In this document: positions 1 through 18,659 of the stretch, piece after piece
Layout: each line of letters starts with the position of its first letter
Position numbering within the stretch: position 1 is the first letter of the stretch
Assembly (NCBI GenBank): GCA_964035545.1
Contig: OZ037765.1
Span: forward strand, 3,348,001 to 3,412,000
Direction of reading: 5' to 3'
DNA length: 64,000 nucleotides
DNA from: Bugula neritina
Lineage: Eukaryota; Animalia; Bryozoa
Notes under the pieces: generated by a model
What the model was told of the DNA's origin: nothing
The model's database searches: none
What the model saw: only the letters and a program-made list of their open reading frames with translations
Made by a program: the position numbers and the translations under genes

Positions 1-21
1 ATCACTCAACCGTATACACAA

Positions 22-68
22 CGGCCTGATGATCGTAGCTTGCACTACGTGAAACAATATTGTAGTCG
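22..68 (+). ncRNA. Minimal type I hammerhead ribozyme motif (Penelope-like element terminal-repeat type)
   Basis: CGGC-CTGATGA-T-CGTAG(CTTGCA)CTACG-T-GAAAC-AATATT-GTA-GTCG. It has the core CUGAUGA/GAAA, stem II CGTAG/CTACG, palindromic stem III ACAATATTGT, GUA triplet and stem I CGGC/GTCG. An AT-rich tail and (TA)n follow. The stem II closing pair is U-U (non-canonical). Confidence 0.65.
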
Positions 69-121
69 ATAAAATGAATATATAAGTTTATTTTATATCC
101 AAAATTGTATCAGTACCAAAC

Positions 122-254
<133 letters not shown>

Positions 255-344
255 TCAACAAGTCTTGCAGTTACAGAATATTATATTTTCCTTATATATG
301 GTAAGTCAATAAAGTCCTATAGAATTTAAAGGTTTTGTACTCAC

Positions 345-865
345 CAGCACAGTCTGGTCTAACAGAGTATCTCCACTGACTATCAGAACTACTAATAGTA
401 CCAGTCTGAGTATTCTCTGCTAACAGTTGACAGTTTCCATTATCAGTTCTGTAGTTTATTGAGGCACATATGAATGATGTCTGCTGCATACACTGAGCTC
501 TACACTCATCTTCACTGGTTACAGAGAGAGTCTTTATTCTACCGGATGTTATGTAAGGATCTAGTCTACCTACACCTGATGTCCAGTCACAGGTTAATCC
601 TAAAAACATGAATAGAAAAAGCAGATTATCATACTTGTTCTAACTACTATAAATAGTGATGGTGACTAATTTTAAAACACTTTTTATGAAAACTTGAGCT
701 GCTTACATAAATTAAACATGGGTAGAAAGAGTATATCATTAATTTGTAGCTTTGAGGTTAAACACTATGTTATGCTATATAACATACCTTGTACTGGTGT
801 AGAGTTAGACACAGTAAATATAGAAAGAACCACAACTGAAAACACAAGTGTAGTATTCTGTTCAT
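345..865 (-). pseudogene. Receptor family copy Z, 5' part only (signal exon 788-865, PAN/apple exon 345-599); the rest lies beyond the window start; apparently frameshifted
   Basis: Exon 2 is 255 nt with AG/GT ends, like all other copies (CDWTSG...CRAQCMQQTSFICASINY...C...RPDCA). Exon 1 is 78 nt versus 76 or 79 in intact copies (TA duplication near 818-822), so splicing reads AAG GAT TAA. Confidence 0.7.
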
Positions 866-2002
866 TTTAATACTATATGCTTAGTATAACGTCTATACAC
901 TGAGATAGTATTTATTAAAGTGACTTGCATTAAGGAGGTATAAATACATGAATATTTCTAGAATAGTCATCTAGTGTTAGCATAATTTTGACATCATGGT
1001 AGGCAGCTGATTTCAATAAAATGAGCAAGTTCACAAGGTCAACAACCACGGCAGCTATGAAAAGAAATTGTGGTAAAGGCTCATAGGTTTTCATTTTACT
1101 TTATACACCTGTTGGCGGTAATAAATTTTAGAACAGTACATTTTTCAATCATAATTTTTAAATACAATGAAATTTAAAAATCAAAGAATTCTATTCAAAT
1201 ATATTTAAAAAAGTTGCTTTTCTTATAACTGCATTTGCTATAGACGGATTTTTGTATTATTGTTATTATTATTATTCCTTTACACATGGTGGTTGGAATC
1301 CTTATCATAATAAAAGCTGACAGCTGACGGCCTAATAAAATAATGAAAACACAACTGAAATATAATTGACACTTTAAATTCATTTAATTTTGAAGTTGCC
1401 TCTCATTTATATATATAAATGATAGTAATTCAAGGCAGATTTTACAGGTCAAGTAATGATCAGCTTTTAGCTATAAAAAGAGTAATTGCTTTCACATTAG
1501 ATATTAAACAATGAAACAATTTCACCTTAGTTTGTTCAGCTGTTTTTTCAATAATGACAGTTGCAAACTGCCTGGAGCTGCATGTATTGAAATGTAAGAC
1601 TTTCATATGTAAGTTGAAATGCAGCCACCCAGTAGATATAACTATACGTAGTTTACTTATATTTGTGTTGCATTGTTGTTGGAATTACACAGAACACAAA
1701 TTATTTAGCTTAGAATAATGATGTCAGATTTTTTGAATAAATATACTGCAAACACAAAAGATTATGTTTATCAATATAGAAACATAACAGAAGCAAAATT
1801 ACTCAACACATGTATTTATTTATTGATTGCTTATATCACTTTTTTAATAAACTATTTAATTCAAAGTAAGCCATATATTGGTTAACTGGTAACTGCATTA
1901 CTATAATATTAATTTAGTTTATCAATGCAATAAATGCAACAAACAAAATAATAAATACTCAGTTTTTTAATAATGGTGACCTCTCTGTTTAGAGCTGTTG
2001 AT

Positions 2003-2008
2003 AAAAAA
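2003..2008 (-). terminator. RNA polymerase III terminator (T6) of tRNA-Tyr
   Basis: TTTTTT on the minus strand, 3 nt after the tRNA discriminator base. Confidence 0.75.
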
Positions 2009-2011
2009 TGA

Positions 2012-2097
2012 TCCCGTGAACCAGATTTGAACTGGTGACCTAAGGATATCTAGTTGACAACTACAGTCCTCCGCTCTACCAACTGAGCTATCACGGG
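2012..2097 (-). tRNA. tRNA-Tyr(GTA) with a 13-nt intron (2048-2060)
   Basis: CCCGTGA-TA-GCTC AGTTGGTA GAGC-G-GAGGA CT GTA G [TTGTCAACTAGAT] A TCCTT-AGGTC-ACCAG TTCAAAT CTGGT-TCACGGG-A. All stems pair, with C1:G72 and A73 and the intron after position 37. Confidence 0.95.
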
Positions 2098-3075
2098 GCA
2101 ACTGGAAACAGAGCTATATATATTAATAGTGTTAATTACAGCAAATTATTAATCATTTCCACTTCCATGACAAGGCAATGAATATTTTTAGATGGCAATA
2201 GTAAAAATTGTTCCCTAAATTTCCAGATTTTATTGTATTGCAATAATTTGACAAGAATGGACAAATGATAACGTTTTTATTATTTGATGATATGTTGGTT
2301 AAAAACACAATATTTTCAGACATAAGTATGTGCATACACTTTTCAAGTTTAGCCGTAATTTCCTAGCTATATATAATCTATAATAATTGTCAGATTGGTT
2401 GTCATAGCAACGTATAGCTTGTTAGGCCAACTCATTCTCAATGACAATAATTATACCTATAGTTGATACAAAACAACAGAGCCTTTTGTGAAGTGAAAGT
2501 TGTAGTGACTGGTTTTAAAAAAGCTTTTCAAGCTTTTCAAGTTGAAGTTTTGTGCATCATATGACAGTTATTATAGGAACTAACAAAGGAAGTAAAACTT
2601 ATTTTTAACAGTTGTGGTGAATATTTATAGTCGTTGCAAGTGTGAGTCATTATATGGAACTATAATATACCTACTAACCTTGCTTACATTTTCTTTATAC
2701 ATTGCATTATTAAAGTATGCATTTTAGGAAAATTTTCTATATATAGAACCCCACGTAATTAAAAATTAAACTAGCAGGATATATTTTATATTGCATACTT
2801 GAGAAAACTTTGATCAAATTTAGATGTTTTAAGTTGCAAAATTCATTCAATATATAATTTATTATAAATCATTATATACGACTATGTCATTAGGCGTATT
2901 TTAATTATGTTAAAAGTTTTTTCATTTAAGAAAGTTTTACACCTACTACAATATATATTGTGCGTTTTTGATAATGTCGATTAAAAACTCTTAATACAAA
3001 CTGAATAAGAATTACCAATTGTTAAGTTTTTGCTTTAATGGCAGTGGGAGTATATCGTTGCCGTCCTGATCTGTG

Positions 3076-3152
3076 TCATAGTGAAACCTTTTAAACAATG
3101 TTGATTTATGATGCATTATATAATCAACATTGTTTAAGAGGTTTCACTATGA
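3076..3152. repeat. 77-bp near-perfect palindrome (fold-back/MITE relic or hairpin RNA)
   Basis: TCATAGTGAAACCT...ATGCAT...AGGTTTCACTATGA. The ~36-bp arms have two transitions and one bulge. Confidence 0.85.
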
Positions 3153-3599
3153 AGTTTTCACTTTACGTTCTGAAGACTTATGACCAATTGGGGTGCATAT
3201 AGGTAAAGGCTGATACTTATATACTGCTGAGTAAACTACTAGGCCAGAGAGGCACACAGCTAGGTTGTATTTCATCTTTCTTTTTAACGTATAACCATTA
3301 CCAACTTTTCTTATAAAACCAACCATTACCAACCTTTATACCAACCATTCTATTAAACAACATTAGCTATATAATGCATGATCAACTGACAGTAAAGTCA
3401 TAAAGACAAAAAATTATATCGTTACTCATTGAAGCTACAATACTATAAATTATCAAAAGAACAAAACGTGAATATATAGAAGAATATAATATTACATCAG
3501 TTGCTGAAATGGATTGCAAGCAATCATCATGGCTTTCAATATAGTGAAAGCTACCCTCAGTGGCTAGTCAGTTATAGCAATTTGAAGTCCAAGTATAAA

Positions 3600-3850
3600 T
3601 TATCTTTCTGTTCTCACTCTGTAGTCATCAGCTATATACTTTGACCCTCTGACTCTGCTGCCAGAAGTGGCTGTCTCAAGTCTACTGAGTTGAATAATTA
3701 AGATGCATTAGTGTGCAGTATTTTCTGTTTACAAGTTATCTCCTTGGCTCCTCTCTAAACTGCAAACCTTAATATGGGAAAATACCTGAAATGACATTCA
3801 TTGTATTTTTATATACTTGCTGATGACTTTGGTGATCTTTACAACTTGAA
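3600..3850. other. Conserved spacer block recurring between gene copies
   Basis: GACTCTGCTGCCAGAAGTGGCTGTCTCAAGTCTAC...CTGTTTACAAGTT..CTCC...AAACTGCAAA is also found at about 23440-23630, 34020-34180 (partial), 46900-47050 and 60270-60500. Confidence 0.6.
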
Positions 3851-5122
3851 CTTTTTGCACTCAAAATGTGACAACTGAAACTATAATAAAAGTCACTCAT
3901 CTACAAATTCTCATCTATTTATGAAGCTGATTCTAGCTACTTTGGTTGCAGATAATCATGAGATTTGTAATGCATTATAATATGCATATAACATATACAT
4001 GTTTTACTTTTATGTAATATACAAAATACTTTACGATTTCTATTTTTGAACTTTTTCTCATGGTATATATCTAAACAATGAGTGTTTTACAATATTTTCT
4101 TATCATTTCACAAACTAGGTAAATCAACTTTTAAATAAAAGCTATTATATTATATGCACTTTAGATAACATATACACTCATAAAATGGAATACAATCTTT
4201 TTTTTATGAAACTGCATGGCATTTAAAATTATAACAACAATAATATAACCCTAATATAAATTAATAAGCAGGACAAGATGTAATTTTAATCAACCAAAAA
4301 AAACTTGGTCCTACAATAAATGGCTGAATTACTAAAGGAGGAATCGTATAAGCCTGCTCAGTTTCTGTTTGCATTTTCGTGTAGCTATAGGATAATATTT
4401 TCTATATATGGAACCCTATGCAATTACATGAGAGATACCTATAAGCTTAAGTTGCTAATTGCTGCAGTGAGAGTTGTAACGAGTAGCTTGCATACATATA
4501 CATATTTTTTATATAATATAAATATATATGAATATGCATTCATGAAAATTTCGTATTTTTTTATTAAATTTTGTATTTCTATATTGTGCTTATTATAGAT
4601 TAAAGCAGTGGGTGCTAAACAATGTCAGGTATGATCAGTTTAAAAAAGCTGCAAATCAATTTTCAAACAACAACTAAAATTTAAATACCACTCATGAAGT
4701 AGAATACAAAGTTTTCCTATAATAAGTCATAAAGCAGACAACTAAAATTCTAGTAGCAAGAGAATCCTAGTAATTACTGCAGAGTTTGTAGGTTATTGAA
4801 AGATAAAAGCTAACTTATGGTTTTCATAAATTTTCTATTTTGTAGATTACTATATTCAGTTTAAATATACTTCAGTTATAATGGGGCGTTAATAGTTGAT
4901 TCTCATTGCATATAGGCTCGGTTTTAAACTTCGTATTTGATTGCAAAGTTTTTCTCATGCAATTGGCCTATTCCATCTATTTATGTTACTTTCTCATAGA
5001 CCTGGTCATCTATAATGTAGCTTGAAGACTTGTTGTCTCATATACTCAGCACTTTGTACTGGTAAATCTTTTGTAGCACCCTGATTCTTAAAATATGTTA
5101 TAGGTGTCAATCCCACTTCCTC

Positions 5123-8100
5123 TTATTCAGAATTAGGCTGTGTTCTATTCTCTCCAGACTCAGTACCAGAAGATCTTCTCACCAACACCAAAATAAGAAT
5201 CACTAATAGTAGAATGGTAATGAAACCGATTGGAACACCCACTACCCAGTCTGTCAATATATAAATAGTAGTAAAAATGCACAAAGCAAAGACTCTGTTT
5301 GTATATTTGTAAAAAAATATAAATAACATTATTATGATATTTGAAAAAGAAATTAATGTGAACACCTGTTTAGATTAAAAAACGGTCTAGTGGAACTGTG
5401 AATCTTAATGCAAAACGTAAATGGTAAGTTTTAGCATTAATTTACCTGAAACTTGTAGCTTACAGGTAGGAGGATTGTCAGACCATTCTCCTTTACCATC
5501 TACTAGTTCGCATGTGATGATAGCAGGACCTTGTCTGGTATATCTTTTATTGCAGAAGTAAGATAGGGTTGAGTTCAAATTCCAGATGTCATCAGAAACT
5601 TGTGTTACAGCATTTCTCACAGATGGTGGTTCTGAACATTTGATTGTTTGAAGTACTAGAGTAGAACTGCTAGGGTCTAAGGAAGAGAGGATTTACAATA
5701 AGAATATGACTCTCAGTGTAATGTGCGGAAGAATAGTTACTTCCACATGAAACTATAAAAACTTGAATCAAATCTAACTTCTACAAACCTTTACTAGTTG
5801 TGTATGTTTTCTGCCATATTATATTCTCATGCCCATCCAGCAGTTCTACTTTAATAGTCAGTTCAAAGGTCACGCCTGGCAGTTTAATGATAGTCCATGG
5901 TCCAGCCTTTATCGGATCAAATAATTGTTCGCTTCCATGAATTATTGTAACACTGGATACACACTCATCAGCTTGCTGTGGTTATATAAATTCGTATAAG
6001 GATTTTATGTATCGAAACATAGTAAACTTATACATAGTATGCTATCGAACAGAGAGTGTTGCATAATTTTACTGCTGCATGTTCAGCCATAAACTAAAAC
6101 TGTGTTATCTGTATTTCACTATACACATAGATTGTAAGCATTATACAATATTATATAGTTATATACTCCAAAGTGACCAGCCTGCCAAAAACATTTACTC
6201 ATGCAGTCAATTAATGTAAAAGTATCCGTAGCATTAACACACACATGAGTGTACAATATATACATGCGCATACCTAATGTACATGTACACATATACACGC
6301 ATGCATGCACACATGCACAAATACATTCATAAAATTATTTACCTTAATTTTCTAAACTGATTATGTGAACCAAGAGGTTAAAATATAAGCTTACAGGTGA
6401 AGGTAGAGACACGGTTATTAGTCTCTTTTCTTCAAGTTTTGATACGCTGCTTTCTGTTAGGACAACATCTTCAGGTGCTAATTTACCTCTTTCTACAGTA
6501 TGTGCATGAAGATGAATAAAAAATTGTGTAAAGGTAAGTACTATACAAAGTGTACAAAAGTAAATTCTTTATGAAATTAGGTGATAATTAGGCTAGAAAG
6601 ACATTCAGTTGAATATATTGTTACTATAGTAGTGAGATATTTCACCAGCACAGAAGAGAGAGTTGACGGTATAGACATCTTGTATTAACTCTTCACCATT
6701 ATAGTTTCTCACAGTTACCACTCTAGCATAAAGAGGTTGTTGCGTTTTCAAACCATTCATCAATGTCTCATTTGAGTTTATAGAAACTACTTTAGAGCTT
6801 ATTATTCTAGTAAAGTTTGCCGTTTCTGAACATTCTATTTTAAGATGTGTAGTTGTGAGCTGTTCACTTGGTACAGTAGCTGGAAATTTCCACATAATTC
6901 TGATTTCTCCTGGTGACACGTTGCGATGAGAAAATACAGGGTCTTCAGATAACTTTAAAATTTCTAAAAATTAAAACATTTACTTAAATAACTAAGTTAG
7001 TATATTGTGCTATATACAGGACTTTTGTAGTTTGAACATAAATCAAAGTCTGTCATAAAAGCATAGTTTGACTTTATTGGTAAGAAAGCTTGGCATCTTA
7101 TGATCTATTATTATTCGAGTAAATTTACATCTCATAGCAAACGGTACAGGTGTTTAGCAAACAGCACATAGTACAAAACTTTTTCTTCATTTCCTAAATA
7201 ACTATATATAACTTTTTTCAATTCTCTATATTTAATAATTCAGTTCTGACAATTTTGAAACAACAGTAATTCATTGCTGCAGTAGTGATGCTTTTAAACG
7301 TGCAATAAATATTTGCAGAAGCCAGCTGGGTACAACATAAAGAACATATATAGCAGTAAAATTTGAATAACTACTTCAAACAACCAGATCAAATCTTGTC
7401 TGAAATGTATTAATGAAGCAATGAAGCAACCTCAATACCAAACTATTAGATTCAAGTCACTGAAAGTTTGATACATTGAGCAAGTTTATACATTGATGTG
7501 TTATGCTAGAGTAAAAGCAAAGTATTTAATTGCAGTTACCTGCGTAATACACTAACAGTAAAGTTACAGTAACAAACAAAAGTTTTGGTAACATTATGTT
7601 GAAAGGAGGGTAATTTACCAACCAAGTAGATTTCAAATACCTAATACATATATATTCACTAGTCATAGCAAGACACTAATTTGAAGTATATAAGTTGGTA
7701 AAGTCATAAGTAAAACTGCTTCGGTAGACTCACTTGCTATGTAGGCTCTCAGTGCTGCTCCTCTACGATCTAATGTAAGATCTAAAAGTGTGAGTCTGCT
7801 TACTCTATCTATCGTAGAGTTGCTTGGAGATGATTTGCGTACATGAGCCATAGGATTCCCTGGTGCATCGGGTTTAAATGAGACGAGGTTACCTTTACAA
7901 CCAGAGTTACTCAAGTCTTCTACATACAGAGCAAGAAAGTCTCCTTTTCTAACTACTTTTGTAGAGTTCTGTACAAACTGGAATCTGATTCCTCCTGTAG
8001 ATACATCTTTAGGTGTGAGTAGAGGTTCTGTAATCAGATTGAATACAGCAGAGTTACCTTCTCCTGTCTGTCTCCAGATAGCAGCATATGAGTCACAGTA

Positions 8101-10387
8101 GTCAGTAGAATGACCAATCATATACTTCCAGCCAACTAAATATCCGTCTGCTTCTATCTTGTAGTTGAAGAGTAACATGAAAGCCTTTCCAGCTGATCCA
8201 TAATTTTTTATCTCTGTGTTGGTTGTACTGTCAGAGTTATCTGAAACACGTTATATAATATGTTGTTTGTAAAATTAGTTGTTATATTCATTTAGTATTT
8301 TTGTGTTTTGAATTGCATCGTAAATTTAAAATTCAATTAGTTCACTATTAAAAAAAAGATTAGTTTTTTTTATATTTTTTAATGTGCAGAGTCATGTTAT
8401 AGTTAATTTTAATTGTTAGAAAGATCATTAAATACATAACCTGTCTGTATGTTCCTAGGCTTGCATCAAATGATCATACTTAGTTGATATATAAATAAGC
8501 AATGCATTTTATATATAAAATTTTTATATAAACTGCATTATTTAGTTTTAATTTAATGTGAATAAACTTATAACTTCAGAACCATATAGTAACACATCTT
8601 ACAAAACTAAACCTTTAAGTTGATATTTCTATAAATATTTTTGAATACAAATCAAAAATAGTTAATTAGTTTGAATTAGTCATATACCTGAATACCAAAG
8701 GGGGAGGTTAAAGTACTGATAGTTTGTATTTACTTCTGGTGTCACTCCAGGATCATCTGAGCTCTTATTGAGAATCTCACATTCATTTCCATGCGTCACT
8801 AATTTCACTATAGCGCTACAGGTATAATTGGTGCCTTCTTCACCTTGTAAACAGAAACTCATACAGTCTCTGAGATGAAATCCATTTATCTGGTTGTACT
8901 TCTGTACTCCACTGTTTAGATAGTAACCTCTAGTAGCTGTCCATGGCTGCCATATTCCTGTGAAATACAATAATTTTTGAGAGGGATTGTACAACTGCGT
9001 ATGACAAATTAACTATTGGAATTGAAAGAATAATTTGACAATTTATTGTATCATAATTTGATATGTAAACTGCTACTGCAACGTTAAGTAAAATTGTTTT
9101 CACACTCTATTTATTGCTGATAACTGTAAAAACCTTTGCTATAATTTTCAAAGTTAAACTTCACAAAGACTTAAGTAACTTAAGTAAGCCAGGGCGCTAC
9201 TCAATAATTCCTATATTCCTATATATACAACTAATTTTATATCAACAGATTCATTATTCATAAATAGTTATGTAAGAGATTTTTGCTAGATAAATTCATT
9301 GAATATAGGCTCTTATAGTATGTTAGTTATTCACAGTGTAAGAAATGAATATATCTTGCATTACATTACATTACACTATATAAATACTGAAATCATTTAT
9401 AAAAATCATTATACATTTTTTTAATCCATTGACTTTAACAATGGTTGTTCAAATAGCAAAATGATCGAAAATATAAAATAATCCTTTTCAAACCTGTCGA
9501 TTAGATATAAAGTTAGAATAAAATAAATGTTTATAACTTTTTGACTTTTTTGTCATCAAAACTTGTTGCAGACTAAATTAAATAAATTTCGATCAGTCTG
9601 AATCAATTTCATTTGTCAGTTTTGGCTACCAACATTGCTATAAATTATAATCAACGGCTGCATGATTTATTTTAAACTCAAAATGAAAGCAACATTTTTG
9701 CAACTAAAAAGAAAAAACTTTTTTTCTATGTTGCTTCTATCATAATTACTTTCCTTATATTATATGGTAAGTCGATAAAGTCCTATAGAATGTAAAGGTT
9801 TGTACTCACCAGCGCAGTTTGGTCTTACAGAGTATCTCCACTGACTAAAATAACTACTAATAGTAGCAGTCTGAGTATTCTCTGCTAACACTAAACATGT
9901 CCCATCATCAGTTTTGTAGTTTATTGAGGCACATATAAATGAGGTCTGCTGCATACACTGAGTTCTACACTCATTTTCATTGTTCACAGAAGGATTCATT
10001 ATTCTACCAGATCTTATGTAAGGATCTATCATACCATCACCTGATGTCCAGTCACAGGAAAATCCTATACAAATATTCCGTTATAGAAAAATATATGATG
10101 CTTGTTATAGAAGACTGAAAAAGTTAAAAATCAACTCCAGTATAATGTTTGTAAACAGTTGAATTGCTTAGAAAACCTTTAAACACAAATAACAAGACCT
10201 ATTTTTATTTAACATACTCAGAGTATAAGTACATGCTTATATATATGTGTGTGCATTTTTTGTTTTTCTGTACCCATAACGCTAGATGGAGAGTTTGAAA
10301 ATGTTACATACCTTGTACTGATATAGAAATGGACACGGTAACTAGAAAGAACCAGCTGCAAACAGAGAAGTATAGTTTGCTGTTCAT
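5123..10387 (-). CDS. Receptor copy A, short form (~689 aa): SP, PAN, PAN-like, unassigned domain, FN3, linker module, sushi, TM, truncated Tyr-free tail
   Basis: Exons 10312-10387, 9810-10064, 8688-8957, 7734-8240, 6646-6963, 6395-6492, 5789-5975, 5446-5676, 5123-5250. All are AG/GT bounded and phase-compatible (2070 nt). SP is MNSKLYFSVCSWFFLVTVSISISVQ. The stop replaces the first tail Tyr (NSE*). Confidence 0.8.
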
Positions 10388-10934
10388 AAATTGTGGTAGT
10401 GCTCAGTAATATGTGAAGTTGTACTATGAAGCTCTGCATCAGCGAGTCTTTTATATTATATAGTATATATAAATCAACTGGTATTATTATAGCTGTTGCT
10501 GATTTCACAATGAAAAAAGCAAATGACTGTGCTGCAAATAAGTAAAATGGAAAAAATGCAGCTGTACTGTGTTCTAATAATTATTTGAAAGCAGTTTAAC
10601 TTATTTTCAATCTTTGGCTGATGCTATGATGTAATGCTTACACGTGATGAAGTGTTTTTAAAATTTTTTTACAGGCTATAAAGAGTTGTATCAGCAAGAA
10701 CTTTGTAATAAAAAGCAGACTTTTGGTTAGTTTATAATGCAATATAAAAAATCCAAGACTGTAGTGCTAAGGAAAATGTATGTGTATATATGTTTTATTA
10801 ATCATTTAAAAATAGTTTATTTTTTTCAATCTCTTCGTGAATTAAAAAAATTGTAATATAATAATTTTTGATCCTCATCACAAAGCTTATTGGCAAGCTA
10901 TATTTTCTTAATGTAAAAATTTAAATCCACCAAT

Positions 10935-10983
10935 ATTGTGCCTGAGGAGTGCCAAAGAGGCATGAAACTATTAGTAACGCAAT
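10935..10983 (+). ncRNA. Minimal type I hammerhead ribozyme motif followed by AATAAA
   Basis: ATTGTGC-CTGAGGA-GTGCC(AAAGA)GGCAT-GAAAC-TATTA-GTA-ACGCAAT. It has the core CUGAGGA/GAAA, a 5-bp stem II, stem III ACTA/TAGT and a GUA triplet. Stem I has a C-A mismatch next to the core. Confidence 0.7.
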
Positions 10984-11026
10984 AAAACATCTCACGCTAC
11001 AAGTATTATATATACACACACACATA

Positions 11027-11694
<668 letters not shown>

Positions 11695-13194
11695 TGATTT
11701 GTTCAACATTGTAATAACTTAAATATAATACTTAGCAATAATATACTCACAGAAACATTTTATAGTTTACTTGAACAATGTTGATAAGTTTTCTAAGTAT
11801 AGATCATCTATAACACCTTTGGCTTTTTGACTTCATCTGCTCTCATACAATGATAAAAAAGTCATTTCAACATCACAAACTTATATTCATAAACTAAAGA
11901 ATAACAAATTGCAAGAAAAATGAGGATTTGAAAGTTTGATCAAACACAAGAGGATATTCATATTTTGCAACCCAAAGTTATATATGCATATGTGATTTGA
12001 CATTTTTTCAATATAGTAGCAATTCCTGTTTTACCTTGGGTATACGTTTTATTGAGTTGGCACTTTCCAATCAGTTCTTTATGTAATCTTTATTTGTCAG
12101 CGTAGCAATATGTTCATTATTGAAGATTCAAGGTTGATTAATTTTCCATTTTTTCATCTGTCTGTGAGAGTGCTCAACTCAGCGCGTAAACGAAGCTTTC
12201 ATATATTATTGTCAGTCAGAGCTTTTCAAACACCAGATAAAAAGTACTCAGGCTATTATAACAGACATGATAATAAGCAGCTATATAACTTAAATCAATA
12301 AGTTAAATTGGTTTACTTTTTTTCTCAATTTATAGTAGTTTTGTGCTTCTTACAGCATTTATCTGACAAGTTACTAAGTTTAAATTTTTACGTTATGTAA
12401 CTCATCAAGTACAACACAACATACACATATTTGGCTTTTATATATTTAATAGCTAGGAAAAATATGTTTGCATAGCCTAAAAAATATGAAATAAATTTTT
12501 TTATGCAGAAAGTATCTTGCTATATGTATAATGATTATAAATTTAGTGGTTGTTTGATAAACGACAATTCACTCAAAATTGCTTATAAATAAACTGTCAA
12601 TGACCAAATATAACTTTGATGTTTTATAGCAGTAATGTATATACATGCACAGTGCATTATAATATGTGTAAACTTCATTTCATACAATACAAAAACTATT
12701 TTTAATCGTTTGCACATTAGGTGAATCTATATTTTCAAAATATTATTCTATATAATGTGAAACAGAAGTTAATTTGAGCAATGCTATAAGACAAGGTTCA
12801 GAAGTTGCTTTAATAGAATATAGTTGGAACCTAAAATTACAATGACACCATATTCATATATGATAAAACCTGGTCCTATAAGTAATAAACAGAAAGCATC
12901 TATTTGTACTATAAAGTAGCCGAAAATAATTATTTTCAATAATAAAGAAGACCATAGTTGAGGATATTATGAATCAAATAGATTTACATCATCGCTCTAT
13001 GCAACATTGGATACTTGTGTTAACATATTCAAAAAACAAGCTATGCTTTTTCCTGTAAAGTGTAAATTAAGTACATCACTATACACTCAAATTAAAAATG
13101 CATTCAGCTTTGAATGTTACTTTCAAACTCTGAGAAATTGAGAGTTGTCTATCTCTGTTTCAAAACAACTTGATATCTGTTTTTGATTGTTTAA

Positions 13195-18659
<5,465 letters not shown>

